Positions 16,499-26,195 of a stretch of DNA of 30,568 bases are shown here, piece after piece. The position numbers and the translations under genes were made by a program. The stretch's first letter is position 1, and each line of letters starts with the position of its first letter. Under the pieces are notes generated by a model that was given only the letters and a program-made list of their open reading frames with translations, was not told where the DNA came from and did not search any database. The stretch is taken from positions 1 through 30,568 of the forward strand of contig JAQGDQ010002456.1 in assembly GCA_030141605.1 (NCBI GenBank), in the 5' to 3' direction. The DNA comes from Tubiluchus corallicola. Taxonomy: Eukaryota; Animalia; Priapulida.

Positions 16499-17304
16499 AT
16501 GCGCATCACTACCTTTCTGTAAAATATGTTTATAGCAAAAAATACCGTTGCAGTCAGTATAATAGTTGCCCCAGGGGTAAGATACAGGTGGTAAGACAAA
16601 ACCAGCCCGATAAAGCAAAATACCATATTGATGCATATGGATACGATCATCATGCCCCGTACCGTTTTGCAATACCCTTCCGCAATGAGAGTGGGTATAC
16701 TCAACAGAGCAATTACCAATATCATCCCCACAAGCCTTATCATCGACACGGAGAGCAGACCTATAAATATTAGAAGGGCAAAATATATAGTTTTTGTGGG
16801 TAATCTTATGCTTCTTGCAAAATCTTCATCATAACTTACGGCAGTGATTGTCCTGTAACCGAACACAACAGACAGAACCAAAACGATATTGAGCACAAAA
16901 AGCGTAGCTATATCGGAAACGCCTATGAGCAATATGCTTCCAAAGATGTAGCTCATCATATCAACATTGTATCCCGAAGCCATATCGAGAGCGACTATTC
17001 CGATAGCCATTCCGGATGCCCATAGCACTCCCAGAGCGGCGTCTGATCTGTCTCTATTGTTATACGTCAATGCAGCAGCCACCGTTGACAAGATCGCAGC
17101 AAAGATCATTCCGCCAAAGATAGGCGAAACCCCAATAGCAGCGGCAATACCGATACCACCATAAGCTCCGTGGGAGATACCACCTGCCACAAAGACGAAC
17201 CGATTAATCACCACAAGGGTGCCCATTATACCGCAAGCCACACTTACCAGTATCGCCATAACGAAGGCCCTTTGCATAAATACGTGGGAAAGGATTTCAT
17301 CCAT
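16474..17304 (-). CDS. znuB: Zn/Mn ABC transporter permease (ZnuB-like)
   Basis: GISHGAYGGIG, YIFGSIL, SYDEDFA, VGMILVIALL, PGATII. ATG 17304 overlaps the ATPase end. Confidence 0.9.
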   Translation of the reverse strand: MDEILSHVFMQRAFVMAILVSVACGIMGTLVVINRFVFVAGGISHGAYGGIGIAAAIGVSPIFGGMIFAAILSTVAAALTYNNRDRSDAALGVLWASGMAIGIVALDMASGYNVDMMSYIFGSILLIGVSDIATLFVLNIVLVLSVVFGYRTITAVSYDEDFARSIRLPTKTIYFALLIFIGLLSVSMIRLVGMILVIALLSIPTLIAEGYCKTVRGMMIVSICINMVFCFIGLVLSYHLYLTPGATIILTATVFFAINIFYRKVVMRIYSSSQGR

Positions 17305-18061
17305 CGCAATCATCCCCGTGTCCATCTTCAAAACTGCAATTACTGTGTTGCTTCAAATGTATGTGCGACAATACCCTATCATCGCCATAAACAGCTTGCA
17401 AGTCTTCAGGGCTCAAAGAATCGGCAACATCATGATAGTGCATTATATTGTTTACGCATGCGATAGATGTGGCGTGCTTTGTGACAGCTCCGGTGTCATG
17501 GCTTACAATAACGACAGTCTTGTCCCCTTTCAGAGAGGCAAGCCTGTCGTATATAGATCGCTGTGACTGTTCATCAATATTTGCAAGGGGCTCATCCATC
17601 AGGATCATCTTAGAGTCAAGGACAAGAGCCCTTGCAATCATAGCCTTTTGCAACACTCCGCCGGACAGCTCATTAATTCTGACATTTGTAAACTTTTCAG
17701 CTCCAACCATGTTGAGAGCATCCCGAGACTTGCAAAGGGCTTCCTTTTTATTCTTTGAAACGACGATGGCGCCCATCATAACCACATCGAGAGCGGTTGC
17801 AGGAAAGTCTCTCCTCACATTGACATTTTGAGGAACATAACCGAGTAAAGACTTGCCCGCATCTTCTCCGTAAACCTTCATAGAGCCCGATAAGGGCTTC
17901 ACAAGACCCAGGATAAGCTTTACAAGGGTAGACTTGCCCCCTCCATTGGGACCGATAATGGCAAGAAACTCACCCGCCTTCAGTCTAAAGCTCACATCCT
18001 TCAATACAAGCAAAGGACCGTAAGAAAAACAGACTTTCGACGCTTCAACAGCATATTTCAC
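17297..18061 (-). CDS. znuC: Zn/Mn ABC transporter ATPase (ZnuC-like)
   Basis: GPNGGGKST, GYVPQ, LSGG, DEP, SHD; His/Asp/Cys-rich tail. Confidence 0.9.
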   Translation of the reverse strand: MKYAVEASKVCFSYGPLLVLKDVSFRLKAGEFLAIIGPNGGGKSTLVKLILGLVKPLSGSMKVYGEDAGKSLLGYVPQNVNVRRDFPATALDVVMMGAIVVSKNKKEALCKSRDALNMVGAEKFTNVRINELSGGVLQKAMIARALVLDSKMILMDEPLANIDEQSQRSIYDRLASLKGDKTVVIVSHDTGAVTKHATSIACVNNIMHYHDVADSLSPEDLQAVYGDDRVLSHIHLKQHSNCSFEDGHGDDCDG

Positions 18062-18068
18062 AAACTAC

Positions 18069-18947
18069 CTATCTCTTCAATGCATCCACGGTATCGATCA
18101 TTATCTCAACCCAGTCTTCAGACATAATATTCACAACCTCCACATCAACATCGAGGTCGGAAGCGATCACCTTTACCTTGCGCTTATCGGCACTACTCTC
18201 CACAATCAACACCTCCACATACTTGGCGGCTTTCACCTCTTGGATGAGTTCCTTCATCTCTTTAGGCTTCGGATCACGACCGTCAACCTCAATAGCAAGT
18301 TGACGCAACCCATACTCATCAGCAAAATAACCCCAAGCAGGATGATATACCAATATTATATCCGACTTTAGACCTGCAAGCCCCTTTCGAACACGCTCAT
18401 CCGTATCGTTAATGGCAACTAAAAGCTCAGCACCGTTCTTCTCGAACGTCTGCCGATGTTCGGGCATGATTTCTGAAAACTGGTCAATGATGTTTGAAGT
18501 AATCTTGACAGCAAGAGTAGGAGATAGCCATATGTGAGGATCCGGATAAAAATGCAGGTGTCCATCGTCGTCATCTGCATGATGATGCTCACCATGAGAA
18601 TGCCTGTACTCCGAAAATCTTTTGTTGATAAATCTGTCAGCCCGAACAATCTTAATATCAGGGTAAAGGGAGGATATCTTTTTAGCCAGCTCAACCTCAA
18701 AGTGCACACCAGCCAAAACAACTACATCCATGGTTGATATCTTTGCCAAATCGCTAGGCTTTGGTTCATACACCTCAGGATCAAAACCTTTTGGTAAGAT
18801 CACAAACGGATCTTCAATCTCATCTCCCGCAACATTTTCCACAAAATATTTCAACGGCGGTATACCAACAGCCACCTTCATCTTATCTGACGCAAAAGCA
18901 CCAGACGACAACATCAATACAACGCCAACCAATAACAATCTGAACAT
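18069..18947 (-). CDS. znuA: Zn ABC transporter substrate-binding protein (ZnuA-like)
   Basis: Signal peptide, DPEVYEPKPSD, His-rich loop HSHGEHHHADDDDGH, DPHIWLSP, HPAWGYF. GGAGG precedes ATG 18947. Confidence 0.9.
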   Translation of the reverse strand: MFRLLLVGVVLMLSSGAFASDKMKVAVGIPPLKYFVENVAGDEIEDPFVILPKGFDPEVYEPKPSDLAKISTMDVVVLAGVHFEVELAKKISSLYPDIKIVRADRFINKRFSEYRHSHGEHHHADDDDGHLHFYPDPHIWLSPTLAVKITSNIIDQFSEIMPEHRQTFEKNGAELLVAINDTDERVRKGLAGLKSDIILVYHPAWGYFADEYGLRQLAIEVDGRDPKPKEMKELIQEVKAAKYVEVLIVESSADKRKVKVIASDLDVDVEVVNIMSEDWVEIMIDTVDALKR

Positions 18948-18971
18948 GTGTCCTCCCAAAATAAGTCTATT

Positions 18972-19772
18972 TTATATCTTTTTTGCTTCTTGCCACAAGG
19001 TCTCCATCTCATCCAGAGCAGCTTCATCCAGAGTCCTTCCGTCATCTTTTAGTTTACCCTCTATATGGTTAAATCGCTTTCTAAATCTGTAGTTTGCCTG
19101 CCTCATGGCTTCATCGGGGCTAATTTTGCTGTGTCTTGCCAGATTTACAACGACGAACATCAGATCTCCCAACTCGTGCAACACTCCATCCGAGAAGTCT
19201 TTATCTTGAATAGCTTCTTTCAGCTCCGCAACCTCTTCGTCCAACTTTTCAAGCACCATCTCCACGTCATCCCAGTCAAAGCCTACGCTTGCGGCCTTCT
19301 TCTGCAAGTTGCACGACTCAAGTATGGGGGGCAAGCCCTTTGAAACACTGTCGAGCAGACGATCTTTTGCAAGATGCTCCCCCTTCTCCTGTCGCTTTAT
19401 CTCTTCCCAGTTTTGCATAACCTGGGCAGTATCTGAAACCTCGACATTGCCAAATACATGGGGATGTCTTCGAACCAGTTTTTCCGAAATATGATCGATC
19501 ACATCGCCGATCTGAAAATGCCCATCCTCCTCCGCTATGACAGCATGAAGAAGCACATGGAGCAGCATATCACCAAACTCCTCCTTGATGGACGCCATAT
19601 CCCGGTCATCCAAAGCCTCCACAGTCTCATAAGCTTCTTCCAACAACATATCCTTCATGGAATACAAAGTCTGCTCCCTATCCCAAGGACAACCTTCAGG
19701 CCCTCTCAGCTTCCTGACAATATTCAGCAAATTTACAAACTTTTTTTCCGTAGAAGAGAAATCACTATTCAC
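18972..19772 (-). CDS. mazG: Nucleoside triphosphate pyrophosphohydrolase MazG (tandem domain)
   Basis: GCPWDREQT, EEAYE, EEFGD, KLVRRHPHVF, GFDW, ELGDL. GTG 19772 follows AGGTGG. Confidence 0.97.
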   Translation of the reverse strand: MNSDFSSTEKKFVNLLNIVRKLRGPEGCPWDREQTLYSMKDMLLEEAYETVEALDDRDMASIKEEFGDMLLHVLLHAVIAEEDGHFQIGDVIDHISEKLVRRHPHVFGNVEVSDTAQVMQNWEEIKRQEKGEHLAKDRLLDSVSKGLPPILESCNLQKKAASVGFDWDDVEMVLEKLDEEVAELKEAIQDKDFSDGVLHELGDLMFVVVNLARHSKISPDEAMRQANYRFRKRFNHIEGKLKDDGRTLDEAALDEMETLWQEAKKI

Positions 19773-19804
19773 TATAAAACACCACCTAACTGAACAAACG
19801 GAAA

Positions 19805-19834
19805 ACTTTAACATATTTTGCCACAACAAGTCAA
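19805..19834 (-). promoter_or_regulatory. Sigma70 promoter of mazG-znuACB
   Basis: Minus strand TTGACT-N18-TAAAGT with an extended -10 TG. Confidence 0.55.
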
Positions 19835-19909
19835 TCATGACAAATTTTTACCTGATTTATCAGTGAGTTACAGCATTTCTCCAAGTAGCAAAAGTGTGGG
19901 TTTTTTTCC

Positions 19910-19937
19910 TTGCTTTGCAAACTACATATGTTATACT
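19910..19937 (+). promoter_or_regulatory. Sigma70 promoter of the dcw cluster
   Basis: TTGCTT-N16-TATACT with an extended -10 (TGtTATACT). Confidence 0.6.
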
Positions 19938-19973
19938 TAGGGGTGATTTGGTATGAAATAGTTATAAATTGTT

Positions 19974-20444
19974 ATGAAGGTGACTGTGAAAGCAAGGGGT
20001 AGTTTAAGGGGTTGCCACTCGCACAAGATAAATGAGGCGGGCAGGATAAGCGTGCCGTCATCATTTAGGGACGTGTTGCGCAACAAGTACGGCGGGGATG
20101 ATCTGGTCTGTGTCAAGGGCAAAGACAAGATATTGGTGTACCCTGCCGCAGAGTGGGAGTTAAAGGAGTTATTTCTGATGGAAAACACTCCAAAAACTCC
20201 GATCGGTCAAAAAAAACTACGCGCCACACTGTCCACCATAAAGGACATAACTATAGATAAGTTGGGCAGGATCATAATTCCTCCGAGTCACAGGGAGTCT
20301 GCCTCTCTTGTAAGTGAGTGTGTAGTCCTTGGCATGGTAAACTACTTCGAGATATGGTCCAAGAGCTCATGGGACAAAGAGTTTGCCGATGTTGATACGA
20401 TGGATGCTGAGCTGAACGAACTCTATAGTGACATTGACCTCTAA
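19974..20444 (+). CDS. mraZ: Transcriptional regulator MraZ
   Basis: Two repeats (NEAGRISVP, DKLGRIIIP), FEIW; first gene of the dcw cluster. Confidence 0.95.
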   Translation: MKVTVKARGSLRGCHSHKINEAGRISVPSSFRDVLRNKYGGDDLVCVKGKDKILVYPAAEWELKELFLMENTPKTPIGQKKLRATLSTIKDITIDKLGRIIIPPSHRESASLVSECVVLGMVNYFEIWSKSSWDKEFADVDTMDAELNELYSDIDL

Positions 20445-20501
20445 TTCATCGCGTGTATTTTTGAGAGCCTGACGGTTAATTATGTTTTAGGATTGCTTTT
20501 T

Positions 20502-21431
20502 ATGTTAGAGCACAAACCTGTGATGTTGCGGGAACTTGTAGACTTTTTGGACATAATCCCTGATGGTACGTACGTGGATTGCACGGGCGGCTTTGGGGGG
20601 CACGCGACAGCGGTGGCGTCTGCACTCAATGAGGAAGGCAGGCTAATAGTACTGGACAGGGACCCTGAAGCGGTATCAAAGCTTGAGGAGATATTCAAAG
20701 GTGACGAGCGGGTTACTGTTGTTTGCAGCAATTTTTCTGAAATAGATTCGGTTCTCGAGTCGTTATCTATGGGTGCTGTGGATGGAATCTACGCAGATTT
20801 TGGCGTATCCACTCACCAGTTGATGTCAAGTGAAAGGGGCTTCTCTATCAAGAATGACGGCCCTTTGGACATGAGGATGGATAAAGAAGGAGTTTCAGCA
20901 GCTGACATAATAAACACATATTCTGCTGAAAATATAGCGGAAATCATAGCCAGGTATGGAGAAGAGCCCATGGCTCGCAGAATAGCTAAACATATAGTTG
21001 GAGCTCGCGCCATTAAACGGATAGAAACAACGAGCTGTTTGGCAGAAATCATACGGAGCGCTGTACCGAAAAAGTTTCACAAAGCAGGCATACACCCTGC
21101 CACAAGGAGCTTTCAAGCTATCCGCATGTATGTAAACAAAGAGTTGGAAGCGATCCAGATATTTATAACAAAGGCTCAACACCTCATAAAGGTCGGTGGA
21201 GTGCTGGTTGTCATATCGTTTCATTCTCTGGAAGATAAGTTGATAAAGGATACTTTAAACATCGGAGCAAAGGAGTGCTTATGCCCTCCTGTCTTTCCGA
21301 AGTGTGTGTGTGGCAAGAGGAAGGAGCTGAAGATTTTAAGTAGAAAGCCCGCCACTCCAAGTGATAGGGAGATAAAACAGAACTCAAAATCCAGAAGCGC
21401 CAAGATGAGAGCCGCAAGGAGGTTGGTATGA
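20502..21431 (+). CDS. rsmH: 16S rRNA m4C1402 methyltransferase
   Basis: HKPVM, DCTGGFGGH, GPLDMRMD, HPATRSFQAIR, SFHSLED, SRSAKMR. Confidence 0.98.
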   Translation: MLEHKPVMLRELVDFLDIIPDGTYVDCTGGFGGHATAVASALNEEGRLIVLDRDPEAVSKLEEIFKGDERVTVVCSNFSEIDSVLESLSMGAVDGIYADFGVSTHQLMSSERGFSIKNDGPLDMRMDKEGVSAADIINTYSAENIAEIIARYGEEPMARRIAKHIVGARAIKRIETTSCLAEIIRSAVPKKFHKAGIHPATRSFQAIRMYVNKELEAIQIFITKAQHLIKVGGVLVVISFHSLEDKLIKDTLNIGAKECLCPPVFPKCVCGKRKELKILSRKPATPSDREIKQNSKSRSAKMRAARRLV

Positions 21432-21706
21432 CAGAGAAGATGAGCGAAACATCCAACAACGCCATTAAAATCTTGTGTATCATCATCTCCTGCGTGCTGC
21501 TGTTTGCAGCAGTGTTCGTCAGGCAAAAAAATATTATATTGGGCTATAAAATCTCCGAGTTGTCTGTTGAGTATCAGGAGATATCCGTCATTCACAGGCG
21601 TCTTTTAGAGGAAAATTCGAAACTTATCTCGTATTCCAAGCTTTACCCTGCAGCGGAGAGGTTTGGTTTTGAACTAAGGGGAGAAGGGATCCACTATGTT
21701 AAATGA
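21428..21706 (+). CDS. ftsL: Cell division protein FtsL-like
   Basis: 92 aa with a single TM segment and short coiled coil, between rsmH and ftsI. Confidence 0.75.
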   Translation: MTEKMSETSNNAIKILCIIISCVLLFAAVFVRQKNIILGYKISELSVEYQEISVIHRRLLEENSKLISYSKLYPAAERFGFELRGEGIHYVK

Positions 21707-23384
21707 TCATAATTTGAAAAGATACTTTCTCATATTTCCTCTACTTATTCTGATCCTCATCGGCTTGAGATTGTTTCAACTTCAGGTTATCCAGTATAAA
21801 TTCTATTCAAATCGGGCTAAAACTCAAAGTAGTGCAAACATCACCATACAGGAAAATAGAGGGGTCATATACGACAGGCATGGCAAGCTTTTGGCGGGCA
21901 ACAGATATGTATCTTCCATATACGCCTTCGGAAAGGATATAGAGAATAAGAACAAATTTATAGCAAATATGAACAGTTACGGCATAGACATATCAAAAAG
22001 CGTATCTTCAAGGCTGGATAAAGGTTCCTTTGTGTGGATAAAGAGGGGCATCGAAACAGACCTTGCAAAGAGGATTGCAAACAATGTGGATGATGTGAAT
22101 TTTGTTTTGGAGGAAGCGAGATACCGTCCGGAAGATGATATGGCTAGAGGCTTAATAGGCTACACCGGCATTGACAACCAGGGTTTGAGCGGTGCTGAGT
22201 ATTTTCTGGAGCACATCCTCAAAGGGGAAGACACAAAAATAACGGTGTCTAAGGACTCAAAAGGGAATTTACTCTTACTGACTGGCACCATTCACGACTT
22301 TGTTCCATCTACTGAGGTATATCTCTCCATAGATGCGGAATTACAATCCTTGTCGGAATACATGATAAATGCCGGACGACGCGCATATAACGCTGAAACC
22401 GGGATAGCGGTGGGTATGGATATTACAACTGGGGATATACTGTTTTCTGCAACAAGCTTTAATCCAAACTCCGGGCAACATCCAAAAAATTATGAAAACA
22501 AAAATTTTGCAACCGCATATCTGTTTGAGCCCGGTTCTATATTCAAGGCTGTCACGTTTGCATTCAAGATGGAGAATGGTCATTACAATAGCGAACAGAT
22601 AATAGACAGCACAAAAGCTTACACAAAATATGGACACACCATAACGGACACCAGCTACAACGGCAAGCTGAGTGCAGATGAAGTACTGATTAAGTCCAGC
22701 AACATAGGCGTGGCAAAATTGATAGAAAATGAGCCCAATGCCGATTTTTATCATTATCTTGCGGGCTTAGGATTTGGTAAAAAGATCGGTATCTTTGGGG
22801 CAAATGAAGAATCCGGTCTCCTGAGAAGCAATGAAAAGTGGTCCGGTCTATCCAAGGTATCCATATCCATTGGTCAGGAGATATACGTAACTCCCATGCA
22901 GATATTAGGTTTTTACAGCGCAATAGCCAACGATGGCAAAGCTGTGCAGCCTCGCATAGTGACAAAATATGTAAAGGACGGAGTTGTAAAGGAGAGCCCC
23001 CTTGTGTCAAAAGAGGTCATCAGTTACAACACCGCATTAAAGCTTCAAGAGCTTCTGGTCCAAGTAGTGGAAACGGGCACCGCCAGTGTTGCTCGATCAG
23101 AATTGATCAGTTATGGCGGAAAGACCGGTACGGCACAGAAGTTTGACAAAAGAGTAAACAGATACTCCAATAGGGATTACATCGCAAGCTTTGCCGGTTT
23201 CTTCCCAGCAGAAGATCCTCGCATTGCCATGATAGTCATATACGATTCGCCAAAGACGTCGATTTATGGTGGCGCCACGGCGGTACATACATTTAAGGAG
23301 CTTGCAGAAGAGATACAAGCAAGGTATGGTTTTACAAACTTAGAGGAAGTTGAGGAAGCAGATGAAGTTGGACAGTCTTCTTAA
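21696..23384 (+). CDS. ftsI: Class B PBP (FtsI/PBP3)
   Basis: RG.IYDR.G, G.SGAE, EPGSIFK, KSSN, KTGTAQK; dcw position. Confidence 0.95.
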   Translation: MLNDHNLKRYFLIFPLLILILIGLRLFQLQVIQYKFYSNRAKTQSSANITIQENRGVIYDRHGKLLAGNRYVSSIYAFGKDIENKNKFIANMNSYGIDISKSVSSRLDKGSFVWIKRGIETDLAKRIANNVDDVNFVLEEARYRPEDDMARGLIGYTGIDNQGLSGAEYFLEHILKGEDTKITVSKDSKGNLLLLTGTIHDFVPSTEVYLSIDAELQSLSEYMINAGRRAYNAETGIAVGMDITTGDILFSATSFNPNSGQHPKNYENKNFATAYLFEPGSIFKAVTFAFKMENGHYNSEQIIDSTKAYTKYGHTITDTSYNGKLSADEVLIKSSNIGVAKLIENEPNADFYHYLAGLGFGKKIGIFGANEESGLLRSNEKWSGLSKVSISIGQEIYVTPMQILGFYSAIANDGKAVQPRIVTKYVKDGVVKESPLVSKEVISYNTALKLQELLVQVVETGTASVARSELISYGGKTGTAQKFDKRVNRYSNRDYIASFAGFFPAEDPRIAMIVIYDSPKTSIYGGATAVHTFKELAEEIQARYGFTNLEEVEEADEVGQSS

Positions 23385-24837
23385 GGGAGTGGTCACAGAA
23401 TGCAGTATTGGAGCGGCTGATAACGCCGTTGACAATATCACCTCATCTGTAAAGAGAGCCCGGGACTATGTCGGCAATACCGTCTTTTTTGCCTATGCAG
23501 GGGAAAATTACGATACCCATAGAGATGTTCTTACGCTTTATCAAGATGGCAATATATCTTTTGCCATCACAGAAAAACCCGTCCAAGAACTACCGCATCT
23601 TGTGGTTGAAGATGGTAGGAAAGCTTACGCCATTGCTTGTGCAAACTATTTCGGTTCCCCATCTGCCAACATGAAATCGGTAGCCATAACCGGCACAAAC
23701 GGCAAAACAACGATCACATACATCTTAAGCTCTATACTGGAAAAAGCGGGAGAAAAGCCCGTAATAATAGGCACCACCGGCGCGATATTTAATGACAACA
23801 CGGAAGTGCTCATAAACACCACCCCCTCCCCGTATGAGTTTAATGAACTATTGAGCAGATATAGCAAACAGAGCGCAACGGCATTTGTGGCAGAAGTTTC
23901 GTCCCATGCGCTGAAGCAAGGCAGACTGGAGGGGATATCTTATGATGTCGGAGTGTTTACAAACTTGACAGAGGAGCACCTGGACTATCATCCGGATATG
24001 GAAGATTATTATCTTTCAAAAAAGATCCTCTTTCAAAAAGATCTGTCAAGAAGCTACGTAATAAACGTCGACTGCCCCTATGGGGCGAGGCTATATGAGG
24101 AGTCTAAAGGATCTTCGGGTGTTTCCATCTTGTCCTGTTCTTCAAGAGGTGGCAACGCTGATGTTTATGTAAAGGATGCAAAGATGAGCCTTCGCGGAAC
24201 AGAAGCTGTAATTAATATCTGTGGTCATGACATAGATGTTGCCTCGAAGCTTTTGGGAAGTCACAACTTGGACAATATGCTTTCAGCTGCAGCTGCTGCT
24301 ACCGCTTTGGGTGTTTCTCCGGGTGATGTCGCAGTTGGGATAAATAATGTGAAGCAGATACCGGGCAGATTGGAGATGTTGGATGGAATGGGGAAGTTTG
24401 TTTTCATAGATTATGCCCACACTCCAAACGCCATGGAGAGCTCCCTCAAGGTGTTAAGTGGATATAAAGCCGACGGTCGCCTGATAGTCGTGTTCGGTGC
24501 AGGGGGAGACAGAGACAAGTCCAAGAGGGCAACGATGGGCAAGATCGCAGCAGCTTATGGTGATGTGGTCATAGTCACGAGCGACAACCCGAGGACAGAA
24601 GATCCGAAATCGATAATAGACGGCATTCTTCAGGGGATAGAGATCTCAGAGGATGTCATTGTAGAGATAGATAGGGAGAAGGCAATCCAAAAAGGGTTAG
24701 AGATTGCAAAGCGGGGAGATATAATCTTTATCGGCGGCAAGGGGCACGAAGATTATCAGATCATAGGGGTTGAACGTCACCCCTTTGATGATAAAAAGGT
24801 TGCGACCAAGTACCTTTCGGGAGAAAAAATAGTATGA
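23362..24837 (+). CDS. murE: UDP-MurNAc-tripeptide synthetase (meso-DAP type)
   Basis: TGTNGKTT, EVSSH, FTNL..EHLDYH, DYAHTP, DNPR (DAP-specific motif), GKGHE. Confidence 0.97.
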   Translation: MKLDSLLKGVVTECSIGAADNAVDNITSSVKRARDYVGNTVFFAYAGENYDTHRDVLTLYQDGNISFAITEKPVQELPHLVVEDGRKAYAIACANYFGSPSANMKSVAITGTNGKTTITYILSSILEKAGEKPVIIGTTGAIFNDNTEVLINTTPSPYEFNELLSRYSKQSATAFVAEVSSHALKQGRLEGISYDVGVFTNLTEEHLDYHPDMEDYYLSKKILFQKDLSRSYVINVDCPYGARLYEESKGSSGVSILSCSSRGGNADVYVKDAKMSLRGTEAVINICGHDIDVASKLLGSHNLDNMLSAAAAATALGVSPGDVAVGINNVKQIPGRLEMLDGMGKFVFIDYAHTPNAMESSLKVLSGYKADGRLIVVFGAGGDRDKSKRATMGKIAAAYGDVVIVTSDNPRTEDPKSIIDGILQGIEISEDVIVEIDREKAIQKGLEIAKRGDIIFIGGKGHEDYQIIGVERHPFDDKKVATKYLSGEKIV

Positions 24838-26195
24838 CCGTAAGTGAATTGCTAAAGATAATCGATCCGAAGGACTTTCATGTTTCTGAAATTGAGGCGA
24901 AGGTCGGCTCCGTATCCATAGACAGTAGAACTGTGCTAAATGGACAAACCTTCTTTGCAATTAAAGGGCAAAATAGTGACGGAAATGAATACGCCATCCT
25001 AGCTGTTCAGAAAGGCGCTAGCCTGGTCATCATGGATAATCGTACCGAATATGATTTGGTCTCAGGCAATAAAATTCTCGTAGATGATAGTAAAGTGGCT
25101 TTACATGAACTCAGCTCCCACAAAGTAGGAATGACAACCGCAAGGGTTGTAGCTGTTACAGGCAGTTTTGGCAAGACAAGCACGAAGGAGATGATAATCA
25201 GGGGAATATCTGGGCAAAAGGATGTTTGCGGCACATTCGGCAACTACAATAATAGACTGGGGCTGGATATCACCGCCTCATCTCTCAACACGGACGCTGA
25301 AGTTCATGTTTATGAACTTGGCAGCAACGGTTACGGCGAAATAAGCGAACTTTCAAGACACATATCGCCAAACATTGCAGTAATCACCGGCGTGGGAAGT
25401 GCCCATATAGGCAATTTTGACAACGTAGAGCAGATATTTAAGGAGAAGTTTAGCATAACTGATGGATTAAAATCGGATGGAGTTTTGATACTTAACGACA
25501 GCTTAAGGGGAGCGTCTCGCAAATATGTCGATCCTGGCAAAGAGATAATTTTTTATGGCAAAGATGCTGCTTCTGATGTGAGCATAGTTGACATAACTAG
25601 AAATGAGGGCTCCCTTTTTTACAAAATCAAGATCAATGGTAGTGTAATAGATGGCAGATTGCATCACATATACGAGCACTACATCGAGAATGTAGCAGCA
25701 GTCGTTGCAGTTGCCGCAGCGCTGGGTATAGATCCAGAGGCGGCAGTCGGAGAGTTGCAGGGTTTTACTCCCCTAAGCGGCAGGGGCAAGATATCATATG
25801 CAAATGACCTCAAGATAATAGACGACTCCTACAACTCAAGTCTTGAAACGGTAGCAAGCGCTCTGAAAAATCTCGCAAATGCAAAAGAGGATAACAGAGC
25901 ATATGCCCTCTTGGGGGAGATAAAGGAGATTTGCCGTCATGAAACAGAGATTTATGGAAAGATAGCAGAATATACAGAAACTTATAAGGACATAACCTAC
26001 ATATTTTTGGGCAAACATTATGAGTTTTTAAGAGATACTGAGAACGTCATATATGCGCAAAGTCGTGAAGAGATATTCGATATTCTGGACGACTTAAAAA
26101 ACGGCTTGCTTTTAGTCAAAGCTTCACGCAGCTTCCGTTTTGACGAATTTGTATCCTACTGTGTCAAGAGAGGTAATATAGCCCATGCTTTATAA
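24834..26195 (+). CDS. murF: UDP-MurNAc-tripeptide--D-Ala-D-Ala ligase
   Basis: IDSR, TGSFGKTSTKE, GNYNN, DDSYNSS, VKASR. Confidence 0.95.
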   Translation: MTVSELLKIIDPKDFHVSEIEAKVGSVSIDSRTVLNGQTFFAIKGQNSDGNEYAILAVQKGASLVIMDNRTEYDLVSGNKILVDDSKVALHELSSHKVGMTTARVVAVTGSFGKTSTKEMIIRGISGQKDVCGTFGNYNNRLGLDITASSLNTDAEVHVYELGSNGYGEISELSRHISPNIAVITGVGSAHIGNFDNVEQIFKEKFSITDGLKSDGVLILNDSLRGASRKYVDPGKEIIFYGKDAASDVSIVDITRNEGSLFYKIKINGSVIDGRLHHIYEHYIENVAAVVAVAAALGIDPEAAVGELQGFTPLSGRGKISYANDLKIIDDSYNSSLETVASALKNLANAKEDNRAYALLGEIKEICRHETEIYGKIAEYTETYKDITYIFLGKHYEFLRDTENVIYAQSREEIFDILDDLKNGLLLVKASRSFRFDEFVSYCVKRGNIAHAL

